Positions 9,193 through 22,000 of a stretch of DNA of 64,000 bases are shown here, one piece after another. The stretch comes from an uncultured delta proteobacterium (lineage in GTDB: Bacteria; Myxococcota; Myxococcia; Myxococcales; Myxococcaceae). A model generated the notes under the pieces. It saw nothing but the letters and a program-made list of their open reading frames with translations, did no database searches and was not told where the DNA came from. Within the stretch, counting starts at the first letter, position 1; every line of letters starts with the position of its first letter. Position numbers and translations under genes: made by a program. Location: contig CAVQKE010000001.1 in assembly GCA_963713045.1 (NCBI GenBank), positions 32,001 to 96,000 of the forward strand, given 5' to 3'.

Positions 9193-9754
9193 CTAGTTGG
9201 CTCCCGGTCCATTCTCGCGCACCGCCGGGCTTTGCAACATGGCGGGGTCCACCCCCATCTGCCGCAGCACCTCCTCCCAGAGCGTGTCAGCGTCGCCATG
9301 TAGGACGCGCTCCGGGCTCGCCTCGGTGAAGAGCCAGGTCCCTTGCTTGAGCTCTCTCAAGCTGTTGTGGCCCCCAGCCCGCGTAGCCGAGGAAGAAGCG
9401 AAGCACGCCCGAGCCCTCGGCCAGGAGTTCCTCGAGAGCATCCACCGTTTCTGACAGGAAGAGGCCAGGCGCCAACTGGCGTTTTTCCAAGAGGCCTGCC
9501 CGGTCGTGGAGCACCAGGCCCCGCTGAGGGTCAACCGGACCTCCGGCGCTAACCGGCTGGCTCTTCAGCCGCGTGGCCACCGTGATGGACTGTCCGCGGG
9601 CCACGTCCTCCAGAGTCACCCGGGTCGGCCGGTTGAGGACAAGTCCCCGCGCACCGTCGAGACTATGCTGGAGAATGAGGACCACCGAACGATGAAAGTT
9701 GGGGTCCCCCAGCTGAGGCATGGCGATGAGAAATCCAGAGGAGAGTCTTTCCAT
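9193..9754 (-). CDS. YqgE/AlgH (DUF179) family protein, split by a frameshift at about 9352-9358
   Basis: LIAMPQLGDPNFHRSVV, GGPV, FLGYAGWGPQQLE in one frame; ELKQGTWL...WEEVLRQMGVD in another; break at a GA repeat. Confidence 0.85.
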
Positions 9755-9841
9755 CGTCGCGGCCAGCGAGTCTAAACCGAGCCCCGAGCGAGGTGGTGGC
9801 CAGCCAGCCAACCGACGGCCGCTCCCCCCGCGAGGAAGCCC

Positions 9842-10858
9842 ATGCGACTTTAACCATCGCCCGGTATGGGGGCCCGGAAGTCCTCGAAGTGCGCACCGCC
9901 CCGGACCCCATTCCCGGCCCAGGACAACTCCGCATCCGCGTGGCACGTGCTGGATTGAACTTTGCCGACGTCAGCGCCCGGGTCGGGCTGTACCCGGATG
10001 CGCCGAAGCCCCCGGTGGTGATGGGGTACGAGGTGTCCGGCACAGTGGACGCCGTCGGCGCTGGCGTTACCGCGGCTTTGGGAGGCGAAGTCCTTGCTTT
10101 GACGCGCTTCGGTGGTCAGGCCACCCACGTCCTGGCCGACGCCCGACTGGCCTTTCCGCGGCCTCCCGCGATGACGCTGGAGCAGGCCGCGGCGCTGACG
10201 GTCAACTACCTTACCGCTCACCACCTGCTGCACCGCGTGGGCGGCCTACGGCCTGGCCGTTCGGTGCTGGTGCACCTGGCCGCAGGGGGAGTTGGCTTGG
10301 CGGCGATTCAACTCGCCCGCGCCGTGGGCGGCGTGACGCTGTTTGGTACTGCCTCCGCTGCGAAGCACCCACTGCTGCGCGAAGCGGGCATGCAGCATCC
10401 CATCGACTACCGCACGCAGGATTGGGAAGCCGAAGTCCGGCGGCTGACCGCAGGCCGCGGAGTCGATTTGATTCTCGACCCGCTCGGCGGGGCGGATTGG
10501 GAGCGCGGCTACCGCTCGCTGGCCCCGGCTGGACACCTGGCGTGTTTCGGCTTTGCCAATCTCGTCTCAGGCCCCAAACGCAGCTGGCCTCGCGTGTTGT
10601 GGCAACTGGCTCGAGTTCGCCGCTGGGGGCCCTTGCAGCTGATGAGCGACAACCGGACGGTATCCGGAGTCAACCTGGGCCACTTGTTTGGTGAGTTCGC
10701 CCTCATCGGCGAGACGATGCGAGAGCTCCTCGGGCTCTTCGCCGAGGCACATTTCTCCCACAGTGGACCGTGTCTTCCCCCTTGCGGAGGGAGCCGCCGC
10801 ACACCGCTTTCTTCAGGAGCGGCGCAACGTGGGAAAGGTTCTCTTCGACTGCACCTGA
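9842..10858 (+). CDS. NADPH:quinone oxidoreductase / VAT-1-like MDR enzyme, with apparent frameshifts near 9846 and 10746
   Basis: YGGPEVL, GLNFAD, GYEVSG, AAGGVG; conserved C-terminus VDRVFPLAEGAAAHRFLQERRNVGKVL lies in a different frame ending TGA 10856-10858. Confidence 0.8.
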
Positions 10859-11063
10859 GAGGAATCGAAAACTTGGGGGGCCGGGGCGCGGGAGGCAATC
10901 TCGACTGGGACTTCACGTTTCTTGTGGCGCGAGGACGGCCAGGTCCTGGACGATGTGAATGCTGCTGCCTTCTCGCCGCGGCGGGCGCCGCAGCGACCCA
11001 ACCTGGCTGCGCGATGCGGCGACTAAACGCACTCGACAAACGCCGACTGAAGAGGCCTTCCCG

Positions 11064-12467
11064 ATGCAACACGTGCGAAACTTTGGCTTTCTGTTGGCAG
11101 TCCTTGGCTCCTTGCCCACCCTTGGCGCCGAGGGTGCGGGCCCCGTTGCCGTGAAGGCGGCTCGCCTCATTGACGTCCGGGGCGACCGAGTGCTGGCTCC
11201 TGCAGTCGTCCTCATCCTGGATGGTCGCATCGAGGCCGTTGGGACGGCCCTGGCCATTCCAGCAAACGCGCGCGTTTATGACCTCGGCCAGGCGACCCTC
11301 CTTCCGGGCCTCATCGACGCCCACGTTCACCTCACCTACGTTCCCGAAAACTCCGGCTACAAGGGACTCGGTGTCTCCATCCCCCGGGAAACACTGTATG
11401 GGGCCAGTAACGCGTTGAAGACCTTGCTCGCTGGCTTCACCTCAGCGCGCAACGTGGCAGCCGGAGGGTACTCGGACGTCGCGCTCCGAGACGCCATCGA
11501 CGCAGGCGAGCTGCCCGGCCCGCGATTGCTGGTGTCCGGCCCGGCGCTCGGCATCACCGGCGGGCATTGCGATGAAAACCTGCTCCCGTCGCAGTTTCAC
11601 TACCGCGAGGAGGGAGTCGCCGACGGGCCCTGGGAGGCACGCACCAAGGCCCGGGAAGTCATCAAATATGGCGCCGACCTCATCAAAGTCTGTGCATCCG
11701 GAGGAGTCCTCTCCAAAGGCGACCAGCCCGGGGCTCCGCAGTATTCGCCCGAGGAGTTGCGCGCCATCGTCGAGGAAGCGCACCGCGGAGGCCGCAAAGT
11801 TGCTGCCCATGCCCACGGCACCCAATCCATCAAAGAGGCCATTCGGGCCGGAGTGGACTCCATCGAGCACGCAAGCCTCATCGATGAGGAGGGCCTGCAA
11901 CTTGCCAAGGAGCGCGGAACCTTCCTGGTGATGGACATCTACAACGATGACTTCATCCTCCAGGAAGGCTTGAAGATGGGAATGCTTCCGGAGTCGATTG
12001 AGAAGGAGAAGGCCGTCGGGAAGCTCCAGCGGGACAGCTTCTCGCGCGCGGTCAAAGCGGGCGTCCGGATGGCTTTCGGCACCGACGCCGGCGTCTTCCC
12101 CCACGGCGACAACGCCAAGCAGTTCGCGGTGATGGTTCGCTACGGAATGACTCCCATGCAGGCCATCCGTTCGGCGACGCTAGACGCGGCGGAACTTCTC
12201 GGGTGGAAAGACAAGGTTGGTTCGCTGGAGCCGGGCAAACTTGCGGATTTGATTGCCGTTCAGGGCGACCCCCTGAAGGACGTGCGCCTGTTGGAGGACG
12301 TCAGCTTCGTGATGAAAGGGGGAAAGGTCGTAAGGACACGACGGGGGCGCGCGCCGGAGGGAATTGAACCGCACCCGGCGAGGCGCCCACCGGAGGACCA
12401 CCCTCTGGCTGCTCACGGACGGCCCGGGCAACAGGCTCGGGCGAAGCGAGAAAGCCCGAAAGCCTAG
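11064..12467 (+). CDS. Secreted amidohydrolase-family (Xaa-Pro dipeptidase-like) metallohydrolase
   Basis: Signal peptide; LLPGLIDAHVH, AAHAHG, SIEH, FGTDAG; the real end may be 12367 if one base is missing near 12321. Confidence 0.88.
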   Translation: MQHVRNFGFLLAVLGSLPTLGAEGAGPVAVKAARLIDVRGDRVLAPAVVLILDGRIEAVGTALAIPANARVYDLGQATLLPGLIDAHVHLTYVPENSGYKGLGVSIPRETLYGASNALKTLLAGFTSARNVAAGGYSDVALRDAIDAGELPGPRLLVSGPALGITGGHCDENLLPSQFHYREEGVADGPWEARTKAREVIKYGADLIKVCASGGVLSKGDQPGAPQYSPEELRAIVEEAHRGGRKVAAHAHGTQSIKEAIRAGVDSIEHASLIDEEGLQLAKERGTFLVMDIYNDDFILQEGLKMGMLPESIEKEKAVGKLQRDSFSRAVKAGVRMAFGTDAGVFPHGDNAKQFAVMVRYGMTPMQAIRSATLDAAELLGWKDKVGSLEPGKLADLIAVQGDPLKDVRLLEDVSFVMKGGKVVRTRRGRAPEGIEPHPARRPPEDHPLAAHGRPGQQARAKRESPKA

Positions 12468-13084
12468 GGTTTCGCCAACCCCGCCTCCTGGCCTTTCCAC
12501 CGACAGACAAGGCCGTAGTGCAACGGAAAGAGGTGCTGCCGAAGGACCACGAATCCGCGTCCCTCCAGTCGGGCGGTGGCTTCGAGGGGCGAGTAGACGT
12601 GCTCGCGGGGAGGGCCAACGGCCCTCTCCACCTGAGAATTCCAATCAATGAAGACTGCAACGCCCTCGGCCCGGAGCAGCTCGCCCAGCTGGGCCAGCGC
12701 ATCGTCGCCCAGCTCATGCAGGACGTTGAGGGCAAGGACCCGGTCCACCGTCCCCCTCAGCGCCCCGCTCTCCGCCGTTTCCACCAGAACGGGTTCGACA
12801 TTGTGCAACGGGCGCTCGGCGAGCTTGGCCCGAAGTCGGTCCAGCATCGGCGGCTGCTCGTCGAGGGCGACGACGCGCAAGTCAGGACGGCTTCGCGCCA
12901 ATTCCAGGGCGTAGGTGCCGGTGCCAGTCCCGAAGTCGACGACGGTGGCGGCGGGAGGTGCGTCGAGGAGGCCGAATACCTCCGCTGGAGGCAAGCTGTC
13001 GAAGCGCTCGCATTCGTCAAGCAGTCCTGCCCGCCGGGGGTCAAAGCGGTGAGGTTGTCGAGCGCCGTGGCGGTCGCGTTCCAT
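12464..13084 (-). CDS. Class I SAM-dependent methyltransferase
   Basis: VVDFGTGTG motif I, NVLHE, FIDW. Confidence 0.85.
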   Translation of the reverse strand: MERDRHGARQPHRFDPRRAGLLDECERFDSLPPAEVFGLLDAPPAATVVDFGTGTGTYALELARSRPDLRVVALDEQPPMLDRLRAKLAERPLHNVEPVLVETAESGALRGTVDRVLALNVLHELGDDALAQLGELLRAEGVAVFIDWNSQVERAVGPPREHVYSPLEATARLEGRGFVVLRQHLFPLHYGLVCRWKGQEAGLAKP

Positions 13085-13270
13085 TGGACACCTCTCTCTG
13101 GGCGCTCGGCCCGTCGCCCACCAGCAACCCCGGACCTCGGTTCAGCATCTTAGCGGCGGGGAAGCGAGCAAGCCGTGTACCCCGCCGGGCAGGCGCGACG
13201 GCTTTCCGGGCACTGAAGAAGCAGGCCCGGCCAGCCGAAGGCTCGGGGGCGTGCCCAGCGGCGGTGCGCG

Positions 13271-15697
<2,427 letters not shown>

Positions 15698-15967
15698 GCA
15701 GCGCAACTCTACACTCGCCCCCCGCGTCTCGCCACGTCCTGGCCCCTAGCCTTGCCGGGCCAATGTGCACCACAGCAACTTCTGGGGAGCGCTTCGGGAC
15801 TGGGTCAAATCGGCCCGCGCGCGCCTTTTCTCCGCAAGTCGCCGTCCAAGGGCGAGCAGAACGGTTTCTGCTGCAACAGGGTGGTATGGACAACGGTCAC
15901 CGGCCCCCGAGGGACCGAAGTGGGACATGCAATGGCCCCGCATCACCGCGCGTAGAAAGGCACGCCC

Positions 15968-16255
15968 ATGGAGATTCAGCCGATAGACCTGACCGCGCTC
16001 GTTTCTGTGACGCTCGGCATCCTTGTCGTCCTCGTTCCAGTGATTGGCTTCACGGTGCGCTTTGCCATCAAACCCATCGCCGACGCACTGGGACGTTCCC
16101 GGGAAGGCTCAGGCCCAGCGCGCGAGCTGGAGCTGCTGGCGGCGCGTGTGCGCGAGCTGGAGGAGGAAGTCATCCAGCTGAAGAACAGCGACCCCTACCG
16201 TGTCAGTGCCACCGGCCGCTCCGAAGCCCTCCCAGCGGGCCAGAGCCGAGGCTAG
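15968..16255 (+). CDS. Small single-TM protein with coiled coil, hypothetical
   Basis: Purine-rich AGAAAGG upstream; hydrophobic segment followed by ELELLAARVRELEEEV. Confidence 0.65.
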   Translation: MEIQPIDLTALVSVTLGILVVLVPVIGFTVRFAIKPIADALGRSREGSGPARELELLAARVRELEEEVIQLKNSDPYRVSATGRSEALPAGQSRG

Positions 16256-16289
16256 AGCAATCGGTTGGCGCCGGCCCGCGCTTGCGCTG

Positions 16290-16700
16290 TCACCCAGCCA
16301 ACGTGGCAAGCACCGTCTGCACCGGCGCTCCAGCCTTGACGGTGGCCAGGGTCAGCCGCACCAGCACCGAGACCAGCTGACGCCGCGCACGCTCGGCGGT
16401 GTCGCCTCCCACCGGCTGGGCCAGCCCGAACGAAAGTGCGCAGGCGCAGACGCCATGCGCGGCGCGCACCATCAACTCGGGCGCCGCATGGGCACGGGCC
16501 AGCTTCTCGAGCGCAAACATGGTGCGCCGGGCGACCTCCTCATCGGTCACCTCGGGCAGCGCCCGAACGGCACCTGCCGCACCGCCTAGCCGTGACGCCT
16601 CGAGGCCGAGCGGAAGGACTTCCCGTACGGCGCGGTCCACAAAGGCGAAGATGGGCGCCTGCGGTGCGGCGGCCAAGGGACCGAGGGCCTCGGCTTCCAT
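16290..16700 (-). CDS. Hypothetical helical protein downstream of clpX
   Basis: Ala/Leu-rich ORF; the frame stays open upstream to the clpX stop, so the start is uncertain. Confidence 0.5.
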   Translation of the reverse strand: MEAEALGPLAAAPQAPIFAFVDRAVREVLPLGLEASRLGGAAGAVRALPEVTDEEVARRTMFALEKLARAHAAPELMVRAAHGVCACALSFGLAQPVGGDTAERARRQLVSVLVRLTLATVKAGAPVQTVLATLAG

Positions 16701-16756
16701 CCACTCCGAAAGCTCGTCGAGGAGCTCGAGGCGAAAGGTGGCCTCGGAGTCCCGGC

Positions 16757-18031
16757 TCAGGCCGATTCCTTCTGCAGCTCCTCGTCCTTGGCGGTGGCGT
16801 GGAGGATGACCGGCTCGCTCTTCTTGAAGATGACTTCCTCGGAGATGACGACTTCGCTCGCCGTCTTCATCGATGGGATGTCGTACATCACATCGAGCAT
16901 CGCCGTCTCGAGAATGGACCGCAGTCCGCGTGCCCCGGCCCGGCGCCGGATGGCCTCGTGGGCGATGGCCTTCAGCGCCCCTTCGGTGAACTTCAGCGCC
17001 ACCCCGTCTAAGTCGAAGAGCTTCTTGTACTGCTTGACCAGTGCATTCTTCGGCTGGCTGAGGATGCTGACCAGCGCCGGCTCGTCGAGCTCCTCCAGCG
17101 CGGTGACTATCGGCAGCCGCCCGATGAACTCCGGAATCATCCCGTACTTGAGGAGGTCCTCCGGCTCGACATGTTGGAGCAACTCGGTGAGGTTGCGCTC
17201 CTTGCGGGTCTGAATGTCCGCGCCAAACCCGAGGTTGCGACCACCCAATCGCCGCTCGATGATTTGTTCCAAGCCGCCGAAGGCTCCGCCACAGATGAAG
17301 AGAATGTTGGTGGTGTCGACTTGGAGAAATTCCTGCTGCGGGTGCTTGCGCCCGCCCTTGGGGGGCACGTTGGCAATGGTCCCTTCAATAATCTTCAGCA
17401 GGGCCTGCTGGACGCCCTCGCCCGAGACGTCCCTGGTGATGGAGGGGTTCTCGCTCTTGCGCGCAATCTTGTCGATTTCGTCAATGTAGACAATCCCGCG
17501 CTGGGCCCGGTCGATGTCATGGTCAGCGGCCTGGAGCAGGTTGACGATGATGTTCTCGACGTCCTCACCCACATAGCCAGCCTCGGTGAGGCAGGTGGCG
17601 TCGGCGATGGTGAAGGGGACGTTGAGAATGCGGGCCAGGGTCTGCGCGAGCAGCGTCTTGCCGCTTCCGGTGGGGCCGAGCAGAAGAATATTGCTCTTCT
17701 GCAGCTCCACGTCGTCCATCTGCACCTTGGACTCGATGCGCTTGTAGTGGTTGTGGACAGCGACCGCCAGGACCTTCTTCGCCCGCTCCTGCCCCACCAC
17801 GTACTCGTCGAGGATGATTTTGATTTCCGACGGCCGAGGGATGCGGAGCTTGGTGTCCTTGGTCTCCTCGCGGTCAATCTCCTCGGCAATGATGTCGTTG
17901 CATAGCCCGATGCACTCGTCGCAGATGTAGACCGTGGGGCCAGCGATGAGCTTCTTCACCTCCTTCTGCGACTTGCCGCAGAAGGAGCAAGACAGCGTCT
18001 GGTTGGCCTTCTCCACGTTCTTCCCTGCCAT
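16757..18031 (-). CDS. clpX: ATP-dependent Clp protease ATP-binding subunit ClpX
   Basis: CSFCGK zinc finger, [30 protein letters not shown]. Confidence 0.98.
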   Translation of the reverse strand: MAGKNVEKANQTLSCSFCGKSQKEVKKLIAGPTVYICDECIGLCNDIIAEEIDREETKDTKLRIPRPSEIKIILDEYVVGQERAKKVLAVAVHNHYKRIESKVQMDDVELQKSNILLLGPTGSGKTLLAQTLARILNVPFTIADATCLTEAGYVGEDVENIIVNLLQAADHDIDRAQRGIVYIDEIDKIARKSENPSITRDVSGEGVQQALLKIIEGTIANVPPKGGRKHPQQEFLQVDTTNILFICGGAFGGLEQIIERRLGGRNLGFGADIQTRKERNLTELLQHVEPEDLLKYGMIPEFIGRLPIVTALEELDEPALVSILSQPKNALVKQYKKLFDLDGVALKFTEGALKAIAHEAIRRRAGARGLRSILETAMLDVMYDIPSMKTASEVVISEEVIFKKSEPVILHATAKDEELQKESA

Positions 18032-18169
18032 GAGGCCTCCCTGGGCGATGCACTGCCAGCTAGATGGTACGGGGGGATGAGGTCCAGGTCCACGCCCTGT
18101 TCATCCCCTTGTTCAACCCCTGTCTGCTAACCGCTCCCACCTCTGACTGCAGCGCCCCCCTGAGGAGCC

Positions 18170-18787
18170 CTACCGGTCGCGCTCCTTGGGCAGCGTCTTT
18201 CTGTTCACTGAGACCACCTCGTCGATGATGCCGTAAGTCTTGGCCTCCTGGGCGCTCATGAAGAAGTCCCGGTCGGTGTCCTTCTCTACCCGGTCCAAAG
18301 CCTGCCCGGTATGCTTGGAGATGAGGTCATTCAGCATCGAACGCATGCGAAGAATCTCGCGGGCGTGGATTTCGACGTCGGAGGCCTGACCACGGGCCCC
18401 GCCCATCGGCTGGTGGACCATGATGCGGCTGTTGGGCAGCGACTGGCGCTTGCCCTTGGCCCCGGCGAGCAGCAGCACCGCCCCCATCGAGGCGGCTTGG
18501 CCCACACAAATGGTGGCCACCGGCGGCCGCACGTACTGCATGGTGTCGTAGATGGCCAAGCCGGCGGTCACCGAACCGCCTGGCGAGTTGACGTAGAGAT
18601 TAATCTCCTTGTCCGGGTCCTCCGACTCAAGGAAGAGCATCTGAGCGACGATGGCATTGGCGACGTCGTCGTCAATCTCGGTGCCGAGCAGGATGATGCG
18701 GTCCTTCAAAAGGCGGCTGTAGATGTCATAGGTCCGCTCGCCGCGGTGGGTTTGCTCAATGACGTAGGGGACAGGCATGTAGGGCAT
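18170..18787 (-). CDS. clpP: Clp protease proteolytic subunit
   Basis: [38 protein letters not shown]. Confidence 0.98.
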   Translation of the reverse strand: MPYMPVPYVIEQTHRGERTYDIYSRLLKDRIILLGTEIDDDVANAIVAQMLFLESEDPDKEINLYVNSPGGSVTAGLAIYDTMQYVRPPVATICVGQAASMGAVLLLAGAKGKRQSLPNSRIMVHQPMGGARGQASDVEIHAREILRMRSMLNDLISKHTGQALDRVEKDTDRDFFMSAQEAKTYGIIDEVVSVNRKTLPKERDR

Positions 18788-18805
18788 GGGCGGTGACCTC
18801 AGGGG

Positions 18806-20077
18806 TTACGCTTCATCCTTCGCCCGAGACCTCAGGAATTCAACCGTCTTTTCCTCGCGAATGCGCAGTTCGAGGCTCCGGCGCTGGTTTGCGTCCTTGA
18901 AGGCCTTGCGTACCTGGCTGATTGGCTGCTCGCTTTCTTTGGCAAGCTGCTCGATGCGGGCGTCGACTTCGGCCGGCTGCACGGTCAGCCCTTCGGCCTG
19001 AGCGATGGCTTCCAGCAGCAGCGCCCCGCGGACTTCGGTCTCGGCGCGGGGGCGCATCTCTTGGCGCAGGGCTTCGAAGTCCAGGTTGAGCGCTCGCGGG
19101 TCGACGCCTCCCCGAGCCAGCGAGCGTAACGCCCCCTCCAGCATCGCCTCGACGCCGCGGTCCACCATCGCTTTGGGGACAGCGAACGGGTTGCGCTGGA
19201 TGAGGGCGTGGACGAGCTGGTCGCGCTCGCCGCGCACCGCCTCGTTCTTGGCAGCCGTCTCAAGGTCCCCGCGGATGCGGGTCCGCAGGGCTTCCAGCGT
19301 GGGACCTCCTCCCACCTCGCGCGCGAGTTCGTCATCCAGCGCTGGCACCACCCGGCGCTTGAGCCCTTTGAGCGAGAAGCGGAAGACGGCTGTCTTCCCG
19401 GCCCGCGAATGGCCTGTCGGGAAGGTGGCCGACACCTCGCGCGTCTCGCCCAAGGACAGGCCAGCCAGCGCCTCGACATTGCCGGCACTCACCTCGCCCG
19501 GGGCGACCTCCACCGTGACCGCCTCGCCCGAACCCCCCTCAAAGGGTTGCCCGTCCACGGTTCCCTGGTAGTCGACCACTGCAAAGTCCGACCGCTCTGC
19601 GGTCTTGCGCCCCTCCACCGGCTCCAGCCGGCCAAGCCGCTGGCGGAGCTCCTCGAGGCGCGCTTCCACCTGGGCCTCCTGCACCATGGGGGTGACGCGC
19701 TTGAGCGGAAGTCCCAGGTAATCCTTGGGAGCTATCTCCGGCCGGACCTCCACCGTGGCCTGAAAAGCGAAAGGAGCGTCGACGACGAGGCGACCGCCGG
19801 TCACTTGGGGTTCGCCAACGGCCTCCACTCCGTGCTCGGTAATGGCGCTCAGGTAGCTGCGCTCGACCAGCCGCCGGCTGACGTCGTCCTCCACCTCGCC
19901 CCGGAAGCGCTGCTCCAGAATGCGGCGGGGAATCTTTCCGGGTCGAAAGCCTGGCAGCCGGACCCGCTCACCGAGCGCGTGGTAGGCACGCCCCAGCTCG
20001 GCCGCGACCTGGTCCGGTTCGACTTCAATGGAAAGCTTGCGCTCGATGGGGGACAGCGTCTCGACTTGAACCTTCAT
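18806..20077 (-). CDS. tig: Trigger factor
   Basis: Ribosome-binding signature PGFRPGKIP; FKBP-like domain; tig-clpP-clpX order. Confidence 0.95.
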   Translation of the reverse strand: MKVQVETLSPIERKLSIEVEPDQVAAELGRAYHALGERVRLPGFRPGKIPRRILEQRFRGEVEDDVSRRLVERSYLSAITEHGVEAVGEPQVTGGRLVVDAPFAFQATVEVRPEIAPKDYLGLPLKRVTPMVQEAQVEARLEELRQRLGRLEPVEGRKTAERSDFAVVDYQGTVDGQPFEGGSGEAVTVEVAPGEVSAGNVEALAGLSLGETREVSATFPTGHSRAGKTAVFRFSLKGLKRRVVPALDDELAREVGGGPTLEALRTRIRGDLETAAKNEAVRGERDQLVHALIQRNPFAVPKAMVDRGVEAMLEGALRSLARGGVDPRALNLDFEALRQEMRPRAETEVRGALLLEAIAQAEGLTVQPAEVDARIEQLAKESEQPISQVRKAFKDANQRRSLELRIREEKTVEFLRSRAKDEA

Positions 20078-20156
20078 ACGCAGCTCACGGCCTTAAGGGT
20101 GGCTGGGCACCCTGTCAACGTGAAATGGGGGCCCAATCCGGGAAGGCGCCAACGCA

Positions 20157-20239
20157 TGGGCCCGGAGGGACTCGAACCCTCATGCCTTTGGGGCATCGGC
20201 TCCTAAGGCCGACGTGTCTACCAGTTCCACCACAGGCCC
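20157..20239 (-). tRNA. tRNA-Leu(TAG)
   Basis: GGGCCTG/CGGGCCC acceptor stem, D-loop GGAACTGGTAGAC, anticodon arm TCGGC-CTTAGGA-GCCGA, long variable arm, GGTTCGAGTCC; CCA not encoded. Confidence 0.95.
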
Positions 20240-20396
20240 GAGCGCCGTTGTACCTTGGGCTTTCGGCCTCTTCCACTTGAGGCGGAGCTGTTGACTCTCC
20301 TCGGGGTGGCACCGCGACGTGGGCCGGCGCCTGGTCGCTTCTGCGCACGCTGAAGGCCCACCCGGGCGACGGCTCTTCCTTGAAGGGGTCCTCCAG

Positions 20397-20900
20397 TCAG
20401 CGCTGGCCAGCCAGAGCCTGCAGGGCTTCGCCGTCGAGGCGGCAAATCAGCCATTCCCGGAGCACCACCGCCCCCAACCCTTCGTAGAAGCGGATGCTCG
20501 GGAGATTCCAGTCCAGCACGTTCCACATGAAACGACCGCACCGGAGACGCACCGCCTCCTTGGCAAGAGCGCACATCAGCGCGCGGCCAAGACCGTTTCC
20601 GCGCGCCACTGGACGGATGAAGAGGTCCTCGAGGAATAGGGTTGGTCGGCCGCGCCACGTGGAGTAGGCAAGAAAGAAGAGGGCAAAGCCGACTGGTGCG
20701 CCGTCCAGCTCTGCGATGAGGGTGCGAAACAAGGGCACCGCTCCAAAACCATCGCGCCGAAGGTCCGCCTCGGTCGCCAGGACGGCCTCGGGCTCCCTCT
20801 CGTAGGCGGCCAGTTCCCGAATTAGGGACAACACCAGCGGAACGTCGCTCGGCGTTGCAGGTCGAATTCCGATTCGCTGCCCATCTTCTTGAGAGGACAA
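20397..20900 (-). CDS. GNAT acetyltransferase (spermidine/spermine N-acetyltransferase-like)
   Basis: IRELAAYE, YSTWRG, LFLEDLFIRPVARGNGLG, VLDWN..SIRFY; TTG start inferred. Confidence 0.85.
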   Translation of the reverse strand: MSSQEDGQRIGIRPATPSDVPLVLSLIRELAAYEREPEAVLATEADLRRDGFGAVPLFRTLIAELDGAPVGFALFFLAYSTWRGRPTLFLEDLFIRPVARGNGLGRALMCALAKEAVRLRCGRFMWNVLDWNLPSIRFYEGLGAVVLREWLICRLDGEALQALAGQR

Positions 20901-20926
20901 GCATCCCCCCCTTCCCGGTCTCGTCT

Positions 20927-21670
20927 CTACCGCGTCGTGGCGAGAACACCACGCAAGCGCTCGCGAAGGCCCTCCACTTGAAGGCGCGCCGCGGCTTTCA
21001 GTGTCTCGACATCCAGCAGCGTCAGGCCTTGGGTGGACAGAGGCGTCCCCACCGCGACGCCCGCATGGGCGGTTTGGAAGCGCCAGCTGTGCTTGGGAAG
21101 GGCGGTGCGCGTCCCGCTGACGGCAATCGGGAGGACGTCTGCGCCCGTCTCGATGGCCAGACGAAAGGCGCCGTCTTTGAAGGGAAGCAGCTCTCCATCC
21201 GAGCTGCGCGTCCCTTCGGGGAAAATCATCACCGGGACACCCCGTCTGAGCCAACGGGCGCAGGCGGCCATGGCACCCCTCCCAGAGTCCTTGTCGCCGC
21301 GGTGTACTGGGACGTCGCCAGCGAGCCACATCATCCAGCCGACGACTGGAATGCGGAACAGCGACGCCTTGCCGAGCCATTTCATCTCCCACGGCAAATG
21401 GGAGATGAGGAAGGGGTCGGCTTGCGACTCATGGTTGCTCACCACGACCGTTCGCCCGGCCACCTTCGGCGTCGCCCCCACCACGCCAAAATGCCAGAAC
21501 GGGGTGAGGGTGGAGGCCAGCACTCCTACCAGGCGGAAGGTGCGGCCAGCCACCAGGCGACGCCGGTCAAAGCCCCAGGTCAGAAGCGCCAGGACAAGCT
21601 GCACCAACCAGCCCAGCAGGGCCACCAGGCCAATTTCGAACCAGGTCCACACCGAGAGGAGGGCATTCAC
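20927..21670 (-). CDS. plsC: 1-acyl-sn-glycerol-3-phosphate acyltransferase family
   Basis: NHESQAD (HX4D), IFPEGTRS, FKDGAF; GTG start at 21670. Confidence 0.85.
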   Translation of the reverse strand: MNALLSVWTWFEIGLVALLGWLVQLVLALLTWGFDRRRLVAGRTFRLVGVLASTLTPFWHFGVVGATPKVAGRTVVVSNHESQADPFLISHLPWEMKWLGKASLFRIPVVGWMMWLAGDVPVHRGDKDSGRGAMAACARWLRRGVPVMIFPEGTRSSDGELLPFKDGAFRLAIETGADVLPIAVSGTRTALPKHSWRFQTAHAGVAVGTPLSTQGLTLLDVETLKAAARLQVEGLRERLRGVLATTR

Positions 21671-21793
21671 CGAAGGGCCTCGCTTACCCCACCCCGGGCG
21701 GACGTTGCTTCGACAACCGCCGTTGCGCAGTGCGCCACGGGAGACGCTACTCCCCCGCCTTCGGCGCTTGTGCCTAAGAAGGGTGGGAAGCCG

Positions 21794-21985
21794 ATGCCCA
21801 ACCGCCCGGAAAGCCGAAGCCGCGTCGTCGAGCCCGCCCTCTGGGTTTTCGGGCTGGCCTTGTTGGTGTTCGCCTCCAGCGCTCGGCTGCTGTGGGCGGA
21901 TGGGCAACACAGCTGGCTCTGGCCGTTCGGCCTGTGGGCCGCCATCATCCTGGTGGGCGCGGTGGTGAACCGGCGGACCGACTAG
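21794..21985 (+). CDS. Small two-TM protein, CbrX-like
   Basis: 63 aa, ...LALLVFASSARLLWADGQHSWLWPFGLWAAIILVG...; directly upstream of the CbrA-like kinase; W..P..LW pattern recalls Pseudomonas CbrX. Confidence 0.65.
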   Translation: MPNRPESRSRVVEPALWVFGLALLVFASSARLLWADGQHSWLWPFGLWAAIILVGAVVNRRTD

Positions 21986-22000
21986 AGCCGCGGACCTCTC

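Noticed and set aside
20157..20160. Encoded CCA end on tRNA-Leu
   Set aside because: The apparent CCA is acceptor-stem bases plus the discriminator
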